Source: Eubacteriales bacterium
GTDB lineage: Bacteria > Bacillota > Clostridia > Oscillospirales > CAG-382
Assembly: GCA_045636665.1 (NCBI GenBank)
Contig: JAZTXY010000106.1
Location: 1 to 43,653 of the forward strand
Reading direction: 5' to 3'
Length of the DNA: 43,653 nucleotides
The first letter of the stretch is position 1. The number at the start of each line of letters is the position of its first letter. The notes beneath the pieces are model-generated. The model was not told the DNA's origin and did not search any database. It was given only the letters and a program-made list of their open reading frames with translations. Shown here piece after piece: positions 26,950-36,803 of the stretch. A program made the translations under genes and the position numbers.

Positions 26950-28315
26950 GGTAAATGCAAAACTCGACCCCCAATTTGCTCCTCTTTCGGTAGTTTGCCG
27001 CGAAATGCGCGAAGCTACCAAGGAAAACGGACAGGACCTTGTTATCGCAGTTGAAAGAAACAAGGGCTATATCACCACCTACAAGACCCGCGTTTTCGTT
27101 GACGGCACCGGCCACGACGAAGAAAACTTTGATTTCGTTGAAAGAATGGTCAAAGCACTCCTTTGGGTTGCAGGCGGCTTTAAGGTAATTATCGCAGGTA
27201 GCGAAGTTATCGGTAACAAGATCAAGGAAGCATACTCCGATGGCGGCTCGCGTGATTTCGACGTTCACTTTATGGAACGCGTTTACGAACGCCCCTTTGA
27301 AGTTGTAATTTGCCCTATCGAAGAAGCTCCCGAAGACGTTTCCGGCGCAGCTCCCGTTGGCCGTCACCTCGACGGTTGCCGTATCGGCTTTGACGCAGGC
27401 GGATCCGACAGAAAGGTTTCTGCGGTTATCGACGGCGAAACCGTTTACTCCGAAGAAGTTGTTTGGTTCCCCAAGATCAACTCCGATCCCGACTATCACT
27501 ATCAAGGCATCCTCGATGCAATGAAGACCGCTGCATCCAAAATGCCCCGCGTTGACGCTATCGGTATCTCGAGCGCAGGCGTTTACGTTGACAACCGTAT
27601 CATGGTTGCATCCCTCTTCCTCAAGGTCAACGACGAAGACTTTGAAAAGAAGGTTAAGAATATGTATATCGACGTTTGTAAGGAAATCGGCGCGGATATC
27701 CCCGTTGAAGTTGCAAACGACGGTGACGTTACCGCTCTTGCAGGCGCAATGAGCTTGGAAGACGATTCGGTTCTCGGCGTTGCAATGGGTACATCCGAAG
27801 CAGTTGGCTACGTTGATCCTCAGGGCAACATCACCGGCTGGCTCAACGAGCTCGCTTTCGCTCCCGTTGACTTCTGCAAGAACGCAATGGTTGACGAATG
27901 GTCGGGCGACTACGGCTGCGGCGTTAAGTACTTCTCGCAGGACGGCGTTATCAAGCTTGCTCCCTATGCAGGTATCGAGCTCGATGAATCGCTCTCTCCC
28001 GCTGAAAAGCTCAAGGTTGTTCAAAACCTTATGAAGGAAGGCGATGAACGCGCTGCTGCTATCTATGACACCATCGGTGCATACTTCGGCTACGCTATCG
28101 CATTCTATGCTGAATTCTATGATATGAAGCACGTTCTCATCATGGGCCGTGTAACCTCCGGCGACGGCGGCGTTATCCTTCTTGAACGCGCTCAGGAAGT
28201 TCTCGATAAGGAATTCCCCGAGCTCGCACAAAAGATCCAGCTCCACATTCCCGATGAAAAGGCTCGCCGCGTAGGTCAGTCCGTTGCAGCTGCTTCTCTT
28301 CCCAAGACCAGATAA
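26939..28315 (+). CDS. Long ROK family protein (probable sugar kinase)
   Basis: GFDAGGSD, GISSAG, VANDGDVTALA, GVAMGTS; ~140-aa N-terminal extension. Confidence 0.8.
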   Translation: MKLKVNAKLDPQFAPLSVVCREMREATKENGQDLVIAVERNKGYITTYKTRVFVDGTGHDEENFDFVERMVKALLWVAGGFKVIIAGSEVIGNKIKEAYSDGGSRDFDVHFMERVYERPFEVVICPIEEAPEDVSGAAPVGRHLDGCRIGFDAGGSDRKVSAVIDGETVYSEEVVWFPKINSDPDYHYQGILDAMKTAASKMPRVDAIGISSAGVYVDNRIMVASLFLKVNDEDFEKKVKNMYIDVCKEIGADIPVEVANDGDVTALAGAMSLEDDSVLGVAMGTSEAVGYVDPQGNITGWLNELAFAPVDFCKNAMVDEWSGDYGCGVKYFSQDGVIKLAPYAGIELDESLSPAEKLKVVQNLMKEGDERAAAIYDTIGAYFGYAIAFYAEFYDMKHVLIMGRVTSGDGGVILLERAQEVLDKEFPELAQKIQLHIPDEKARRVGQSVAAASLPKTR

Positions 28316-28500
28316 TCGCTTCGCTCTCCATTGAAATCCTCGGATTTCAATGGGCTTTGTGAGCATCGTTGCTTATGCCCTAAAAATGCAAGCATTTTCA
28401 GGGAACCCATGCTCGCGCCAACCTTGTGCGCGCCTTCGGCTTGTCCAAGGTTGCGATGCCCTAAGGTATATTTTTCAAGGCGCATGTCCTTGAAAAATAT
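28316..28500 (-). repeat. Structured repeat family F, copy 3 (inverted)
   Basis: Starts at the base after the ROK stop codon; shares the 36-nt block with copy 1 and the P1 hairpin + ACCTTAG with copy 2. Confidence 0.8.
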
Positions 28501-28529
28501 ATTAATTTCATAAAAATGCTTTGCATTTT

Positions 28530-28607
28530 GAAGACCGTATTTATTTACGGTCTTCTTTTTTTGTTGCGTGTGCAAAGAAAAAAATGACCGTATCGAATAC
28601 AGTCATT
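28530..28607. terminator. Two back-to-back intrinsic terminators
   Basis: GAAGACCGTA/TACGGTCTTC plus T-run (+ strand); AATGACTGTA/TACGGTCATT plus T-run (- strand, 28583-28607). Confidence 0.7.
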
Positions 28608-28611
28608 AAAT

Positions 28612-28677
28612 AATTATATTAAAAGCTTTTGAAAAAAGAGCGCGAGAGAAAAACTTTTTTAAAAGTTGTTCTCTCGC
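28612..28677. repeat. Hairpin repeat family A, copy 3
   Basis: AATTATATT.AAAG.TTTTGAAAA..GAGCGCGAGAGAAA..CTTTTT..AAAAGTT..TCTCTCG, similar to 3567-3627. Confidence 0.8.
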
Positions 28678-28698
28678 TAAAAATCCTCATTTATTCAC

Positions 28699-29244
28699 TC
28701 AATCAATACCCGCGATTGCGAAAACGTAATTTTCGCAGTCCTCGAACTTGATGGCAAACGCTTTAATGGTCACGCCGTGAACCTTTTTCGCGAAGCGGTT
28801 GCCGTCAACAACCGAGAAGTTGGGGAAATCGGCAAGAGTTTTGCCTGCCGCCTTAATATAAGCTTCCTTACGCACCCAAATCTTCACAAAGTTTTCGCGT
28901 TCTGCTTCACGCGCGCTGTCGCGGAGATATTCCACCTCGTCATACGAGAAAAAGCGTTCCGCAAGCGTCATGTGGTCGATTTTATTTCCTTCGGCGATAA
29001 TATTGGGAAGATATTCGCCGTCAATACCGATCGCCTTTTCGTAAATAACCAAAAGCATTACCTTTTCGGCGCAGGTTATCGAAATATGCACGTTTTCGGC
29101 GCCTTCAACCGAGGGTCTGCCCTTTTCGTCATAAACCACCTTTACTTTGGGGTTCTTAAGATATTCGCGTACAGCGTTCTGAACGTCGGTCTGACGCTTC
29201 TTTTTTGTTGCATTGTTTTCAAGAATAAAGGTTTTCAAAGCCAT
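28699..29244 (-). CDS. Sfp-type 4'-phosphopantetheinyl transferase
   Basis: KGRP, IGIDGE, WVRKEAYIKA. Confidence 0.85.
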   Translation of the reverse strand: MALKTFILENNATKKKRQTDVQNAVREYLKNPKVKVVYDEKGRPSVEGAENVHISITCAEKVMLLVIYEKAIGIDGEYLPNIIAEGNKIDHMTLAERFFSYDEVEYLRDSAREAERENFVKIWVRKEAYIKAAGKTLADFPNFSVVDGNRFAKKVHGVTIKAFAIKFEDCENYVFAIAGID

Positions 29245-31788
29245 TTATTTTTCCTCCCCAACGGTTTCGACCGCTTCTGCTGTGTTTTCGGCTTCAACCG
29301 GAGCTTCTTCTGTTTCCTTGTTTTCCGATTCGGTTTCGGGGTCAACAACGGCAAATCTTGCAACCGTCGAGCCCTCCTCCAGACGCATAACGATTACGCC
29401 CGAAGCGCTTCTGCCGTAAACCGGAATTTCGGAAATACGTGTACGGATAATAATACCGCCGTCGGTAATAAGCATTACCTCGTCGCTTTCACGAACAAGC
29501 TTCAAACCTGCAAGCGCGCCCGTCTTTGCGCTTACGCCGTGGCAGATAAGACCTCTGCCGCCGCGGTGCTGACGCTTGTATTCACCGGTGAAGCTGCGTT
29601 TACCGAATCCGTTTTCGGTAATTGTAAGTATATAAAGCTCGTTATCATCGCTGCCGTCGGGAATAATGCCCGCGCCGACAACGTAATCGCCCTCGTCAAG
29701 GGTAACTGCACGAACACCGCGCGCGTGTCTGCCCATTTCACGAACGTCGTGTTCGGTAAAGCGGATCGAAATACCGCGGTTTGTCGCAACGATAATATCG
29801 TCGTTACCGTTCGAACGGAGAACGTAAAGCAACTGATCGCCCTCGTCAAGAGTGATTGCGTAAAGACCGTTTTGACGCTTTGTTTTGTACGCCATAAGGT
29901 TGATACGCTTAACAACGCCCAATTTGGTGACAAGAACAAGGTTTTGATCCTCGGTAAACTCGGTTACGGGCACGATTGCCGTAATCTTTTCGTCACTGTC
30001 GAGCGAAAGGAGGTTTACAAGGTTAGTTCCCTTTGCGGTACGTGCGCTTTCGGGAATTTCATAGCACTTCTTAATATAAACCTTGCCGGTATTCGAGAAC
30101 ATAAGCAAGAAATCGTGGCTGTGCGAGATAATAACGTCTTCCACAAAGTCTTCTTCTCTCGTACCCATTGCGGTGATACCCTTACCGCCTCTGCGCTGTG
30201 CCTGATAGGTATCACTCGGCAAACGCTTCACGTATCCTGCGCGTGTTGCGGTGATAACGCAGGTTTCACGCTCGATAAGGTCTTCGATAAGAATATCGTT
30301 TTCAGCCTCGACGATGTCGGTACGTCTTTCATCGCCGTATTTGTTCTTGATATATTCAAGGTCTTCCTTAATGATTGCCTCAATCTTTGTTTCGTCGGCA
30401 AGGATTTCTCTAAGCTCCTTGATAAGGTTATAAAGATATGCCAAACGGTCTTCGATCTTTTGGCGTTCCATACCCGAAAGCTTACCGAGAGTCATTTCGA
30501 CGATTGCCTGCGCTTGCGCTTCCGAAAGTCCGAAGCGTTCCATAAGGTTCGCCTTTGCATCGGAAATACTTGCACTTGCGCGGATTATCGAAATAACCTC
30601 GTCGATATTGTCGATAGCAATCTTATAGCCCTCGAAAATATGAGCCTCGTGCTCTGCCTTTGCAAGGTCAAACCTTACTCTGCGTGTAACGACCTCCTTG
30701 CGGTGGTTAAGGTAATGCGTAAGCACTTCCTTAAGATTAAGCAATTTGGGTACGCCGTTGACAAGCGCAACCATATTCACCGCGCAGGTGTCCTGCATTT
30801 GGGTGTATTTATAAAGAAGATTAAGAACGATTTGCGCGTTCGCATCCTTTTTAATATCGATAACGATACGCATACCTGCCTTACCCGATTCGTTACGGAT
30901 ATCGGCAATGCCTTCGATACGCTTATTCTTAACAAGCTCAACCATGCTGTCAAGAAGCATCGAACGGTTGACCTGATAAGGAATTTCGGTAACGATAATG
31001 CTCGTTCTGCCGTTTTTCTCCTCAAAATGCGCTTTTGCGCGCACGCGGACCTTACCTCTGCCCGTCATATAAGCTTCGTAAATACCGCTTGTGCCGTAAA
31101 TCGTGCCATAGGTCGGGAAATCGGGGCCCTTAATATATTGCATAAGGTCGACTATCGAGCAATCGGGATTATCGATAAGATATTCGGTCGCCTCAATTAC
31201 CTCACGCATATTATGTGTGGGAATGTTGGTCGCCATACCGACCGCAATACCGACACTGCCGTTTACCAAAAGGTTGGGGAAGCGCGAAGGAAGCACGACA
31301 GGCTCCTTACGCATATTATCGAAGTTGGGAACGAAATCGACAACGTCCTTTTCGATATCCTCCATAAGCTCGTCGGCGATTCTTGCCATTCTCGCTTCGG
31401 TATAACGGTATGCCGCAGGGGGGTCACCGTCGATATTACCGAAGTTACCGTGCTTATCGATAAGCGGATAGCGGATCGAAAAATCCTGACCAAGACGTAC
31501 CATCGCATCATAAACCGATGCGTCGCCGTGAGGATGGTAACGACCAAGCACGTTACCGACGGTCGTTGCCGACTTACGGAAGGGCTTGTCATAGGTCAAT
31601 CTATCCTCATACATCGCGTAAAGGATACGTCTGTGTAGCGGCTTCATACCGTCGCGTACGTCGGGCAAAGCGCGTCCGACAATAACGCTCATCGCATAGT
31701 CGATATAACAGCTTTTAATTTCGTTTTCTATTCCGATATTATGAATAACCTGTTCTTCGTGGTTACTGTAATCGTATTCGTGTGCCAT
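29245..31788 (-). CDS. gyrA: DNA gyrase subunit A
   Basis: RALPDVRDGMKP, YHPHGD, AAYRYTEA, GyrA-box QRRGGKG, beta-pinwheel repeats. Confidence 0.98.
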   Translation of the reverse strand: MAHEYDYSNHEEQVIHNIGIENEIKSCYIDYAMSVIVGRALPDVRDGMKPLHRRILYAMYEDRLTYDKPFRKSATTVGNVLGRYHPHGDASVYDAMVRLGQDFSIRYPLIDKHGNFGNIDGDPPAAYRYTEARMARIADELMEDIEKDVVDFVPNFDNMRKEPVVLPSRFPNLLVNGSVGIAVGMATNIPTHNMREVIEATEYLIDNPDCSIVDLMQYIKGPDFPTYGTIYGTSGIYEAYMTGRGKVRVRAKAHFEEKNGRTSIIVTEIPYQVNRSMLLDSMVELVKNKRIEGIADIRNESGKAGMRIVIDIKKDANAQIVLNLLYKYTQMQDTCAVNMVALVNGVPKLLNLKEVLTHYLNHRKEVVTRRVRFDLAKAEHEAHIFEGYKIAIDNIDEVISIIRASASISDAKANLMERFGLSEAQAQAIVEMTLGKLSGMERQKIEDRLAYLYNLIKELREILADETKIEAIIKEDLEYIKNKYGDERRTDIVEAENDILIEDLIERETCVITATRAGYVKRLPSDTYQAQRRGGKGITAMGTREEDFVEDVIISHSHDFLLMFSNTGKVYIKKCYEIPESARTAKGTNLVNLLSLDSDEKITAIVPVTEFTEDQNLVLVTKLGVVKRINLMAYKTKRQNGLYAITLDEGDQLLYVLRSNGNDDIIVATNRGISIRFTEHDVREMGRHARGVRAVTLDEGDYVVGAGIIPDGSDDNELYILTITENGFGKRSFTGEYKRQHRGGRGLICHGVSAKTGALAGLKLVRESDEVMLITDGGIIIRTRISEIPVYGRSASGVIVMRLEEGSTVARFAVVDPETESENKETEEAPVEAENTAEAVETVGEEK

Positions 31789-31999
31789 TTTCTTTCCATA
31801 CCGCGATAAAGGTTAAATATATTTATTACGTTGATTTCGCGCGGTTACTTCGGTATATCTGACCGTAACGCTTTAAAGCTTAACCCTTTATCTGTTGCAG
31901 GTATTCTCCTTTGCTTTTATTCAAGAGCGCAAGTAAAACTCATCTCAAAACACAAAGTGTTTTTATGATAAAACTTCATAAAAATCGGCGACAGTGACA

Positions 32000-33922
<1,923 letters not shown>

Positions 33923-34021
33923 TCACCGCAGTTTTTTCCGTCGTCGGTCAAAAACTACTCTCCTTTTCTTATTTTCCGAATTTTATTTCGGTAAGATGGA
34001 TTCAATCTATAAATCGGTTGT

Positions 34022-34297
34022 TTATCTTATCCATAACGGCTTTATTTCGTTTTTAAGCCGTTTTTTAATGCTTTCCACCGATATTCCGCTTATATAAACG
34101 GTATCGGTAAATTCGCCGTCACAAAGTATAAAGCTTTTCGGCAGGTCGTTTGAAAGACTTACAACGCCGTGCTCGTCCTCTTTGCGCTTAAAAAGCTCCT
34201 TCGTTGCTTGCGACGTACTTGCGTTTTCAATATCAAAAATGCCGATTATTTCGTTTTTATCAATGCTTTCGCCCTTTTCGAGCTGAAGATATCTCAT
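34022..34297 (-). CDS. remB: DUF370/RemB family protein
   Basis: YLQL...IIGIFDIE..S, PKSFIL, VYISGIS..SIKKR; canonical position between recF and gyrB. Confidence 0.75.
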   Translation of the reverse strand: MRYLQLEKGESIDKNEIIGIFDIENASTSQATKELFKRKEDEHGVVSLSNDLPKSFILCDGEFTDTVYISGISVESIKKRLKNEIKPLWIR

Positions 34298-34318
34298 CAC
34301 AATCTCCGAAAAAACTAT

Positions 34319-35398
34319 TTATTGATAAATTTTGCCGTCGCGTACGAAAATCTTACCCTCGGTATTGAAAATTTCACTTTCACAGCCGGTAATTATAACC
34401 TGCCTGTCGGTAATACGCGAAAGGATATATTCCTTTCTGTCCTTATCAAGCTCCGAAAGAATATCGTCAAGCAAAAACACGGGATATTCGCCCGTAAGCT
34501 TTGCCGAAAGCTCACCCTCGGCAAGCTTCAACGCCAAAACAGCGCTTCTTTGTTGCCCCTGCGAGCCGTACATTCTCGCGCTTTTCTTGTTAATGACGAC
34601 CGAAAAATCATCCTTATGCGCGCCGTAATGTGCCAAAAAACGGTCCTTTTCATATTGCATCTTTTCGGCAAAAAGCGAAATATATTTTTCCTTAATTTCT
34701 TCCTGAGTTTCCAAATCGCCTGCTTGGGTTTGATAGCTTATTGTAAGCTCCTCTTTTCCGCCCGACATATCGGCAAGAAATTTTTTTGCTTCACATTCCA
34801 AACGGGTGATATATTTGCGTCTGTTGACAGTTATCGTACCTGCCAAGGCGGCAAGCTTTTCGTTATAAACCTCCAAAAGCTCGTTTATAACGTTGCCGCG
34901 CTTTAAAAGTGCGTTCTTTTGCGCAAGCACGCGGTTATATTCCGAAAGCGTGCTTGCATATCGCGGAAAGGATTGGCTTATCGCAAGATCCAAAAACCTT
35001 CGTCTGTTTTCGGGCGAACCCTTAACAAGACTCAAATGGTCGGGTGTAAAGATAACTGCGCGGAATCTTCCGATATATTCGGTCATCCGAAGCGGCGCGC
35101 TTTCGCCTATCTTAATAACCCTTCTTCCGCCCTTTGAAAGCGTTGCCGACATTTTCGTTTTTGCGTTGTTTCCGAAAAAGCGCATCGCAATGCTTCCCTT
35201 ATCGTTCCCGAAGGTGATAAGCTCGCGGTCCTTGCAGTTGCGGAAGCTTTTTCCTGCCGCAAAATAGAATATCGCTTCAAGAATATTCGTCTTTCCTGCC
35301 GCATTCGCACCGCAAATAACGTTTACGCCCTTTGAAAACACGATTTCGCTGTCAACCGCATTGCGGAAATTTTTTAAAGATAAATGCTCTACGTGCAT
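34319..35398 (-). CDS. recF: DNA replication and repair protein RecF
   Basis: NFRN, GANAAGKTNILEAI, GSQGQQRS, LLDDILSELD. Confidence 0.97.
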   Translation of the reverse strand: MHVEHLSLKNFRNAVDSEIVFSKGVNVICGANAAGKTNILEAIFYFAAGKSFRNCKDRELITFGNDKGSIAMRFFGNNAKTKMSATLSKGGRRVIKIGESAPLRMTEYIGRFRAVIFTPDHLSLVKGSPENRRRFLDLAISQSFPRYASTLSEYNRVLAQKNALLKRGNVINELLEVYNEKLAALAGTITVNRRKYITRLECEAKKFLADMSGGKEELTISYQTQAGDLETQEEIKEKYISLFAEKMQYEKDRFLAHYGAHKDDFSVVINKKSARMYGSQGQQRSAVLALKLAEGELSAKLTGEYPVFLLDDILSELDKDRKEYILSRITDRQVIITGCESEIFNTEGKIFVRDGKIYQ

Positions 35399-35407
35399 GC
35401 TTTAAAA

Positions 35408-36526
35408 TCAGTCCTTTAATTTGCAGGGCAAAACGAGATAGATATAATTGCTGTTTTCGTCCTTTTCAGCCGGTTCAATCATCATACTCATCAAGGGAGT
35501 CGACAAGGATGCAACGATTTTTTCATCCTTGCAGGCACGCAAAGCGTCCAAAAGATAACGGTTGTTAAAGCCGATTTCAATATCCTCGCCGTCTTTTTTA
35601 ATCTTTATGTTATCGTTAACACTGCCGTATTGGGTACTGCACGAAATATTCAAGCTGTTATCTTCAAATTTGCATCTCAACGGAGTTCTTAACTTTTCGT
35701 CGACAAGCAAGCTTGCTCTTTCAGCCGATTCGATAAATTCAGCTCTGTTAATAGTAGCAAAAATGCGGTTAGAGCTCGGCAATGCGCGTCTGTAATCGAG
35801 ATATTCACCCTCAAGCAATCTCGAGAAGAATACGGTATCATCGATTTTAAAGATAATGTATTTTGCGGTAAATTCAATACGAAGCGGTTCATCGCTGTCA
35901 TCAAGAAGCTTCGAAAGGTCGTTAAGCGCCTTACCCGGCACAACGAACGAAAAACGGTTGTCGTTCTTGAAAACGCAATTTTTTTCTTCACGCATCGCAA
36001 GACGGAAATTATCAAGCGCAACAACGGTAAGAGTTCTGTTTTCAATCATAAACAGCTCGCCGGTAAGAATAGGTCTTGCTTCGGATTGCGCCACCGCAAA
36101 AACGGTGCTGTTAATAATATCCTTCATAAGCGAACGGGAAATTTCAAAAGCGTTATCACCGCCCAATTCGGGCAAGCCGGGGAATACCTCGGCAGTAACG
36201 CCGTGAATCGAAAAATCACTCGCGCCGCCGGTAATACGAACCATATTTCTGTCATCGGATTCTATGCAGATATCACAATCGGGAAAATTACGAACGATAG
36301 ACGTAATTTTTTGCGCGTTGATAATAACCGAGCCCTCTTGAATAGGCGTAACGTTACCCATTGTGCGAACACCCTTTTCAAGGTCATAGCCGCAAATAGT
36401 AAGCACGTCATCCTTAAGCGTGAAAAGCAAGCCCTCAAGCGCAGGCAGAGTCGTTTTGTTCGATGCCGCGGTTGCCGCAGGCATTATAAGTGAAAGTAAC
36501 GTCTTTTTATCTGCAATAAATTTCAT
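35408..36526 (-). CDS. dnaN: DNA polymerase III beta sliding clamp
   Basis: GYDLE, RPILTG, ALDNFRLA, SRLLEGEY, GFNNRYLLDAL; start set at ATG 36526. Confidence 0.97.
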   Translation of the reverse strand: MKFIADKKTLLSLIMPAATAASNKTTLPALEGLLFTLKDDVLTICGYDLEKGVRTMGNVTPIQEGSVIINAQKITSIVRNFPDCDICIESDDRNMVRITGGASDFSIHGVTAEVFPGLPELGGDNAFEISRSLMKDIINSTVFAVAQSEARPILTGELFMIENRTLTVVALDNFRLAMREEKNCVFKNDNRFSFVVPGKALNDLSKLLDDSDEPLRIEFTAKYIIFKIDDTVFFSRLLEGEYLDYRRALPSSNRIFATINRAEFIESAERASLLVDEKLRTPLRCKFEDNSLNISCSTQYGSVNDNIKIKKDGEDIEIGFNNRYLLDALRACKDEKIVASLSTPLMSMMIEPAEKDENSNYIYLVLPCKLKD

Positions 36527-36600
36527 TTGAAATAACCGTTCGCGCAATTAAAATCGATTCAGCGCGAATCTTCCTTTCTTAAGTAAAAAAACAGAAATAT

Positions 36601-36790
36601 TTTAAAATAAAACAGATTTCCACATATTATAACAAGCTTTCCACAATCAAAACCACTACCTGTCCACCTTTTATTTTTTGCATTATGCTTGTCCCATAGC
36701 CACTTTAAGCTCTTTCCACAAATCCACTCGGACTACAATAACTATAAATACAAATAAATAATAAAATATTGGATTAATTATGTTTTTTTG
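36601..36790. other. oriC: Replication origin oriC (dnaA-dnaN intergenic region)
   Basis: DnaA-box-like ATTTCCACA 36616, CTTTCCACA 36637 and 36712, AAATCCACT 36720; then CGGA, trio-like CTA CAA TAA CTA TAA ATA CAA ATA (36733-36756) and an AT-rich tract. Confidence 0.8.
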
Positions 36791-36803
36791 CGGTTGCCCT
36801 TAA

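Noticed and set aside
25765..28366. 432-aa and 482-aa minus-strand ORFs
   Set aside because: Antisense shadows of nagA and ROK, consistent with codon bias
28777..31638. 953-aa + strand ORF
   Set aside because: Antisense to gyrA and the PPTase gene; no recognisable domain
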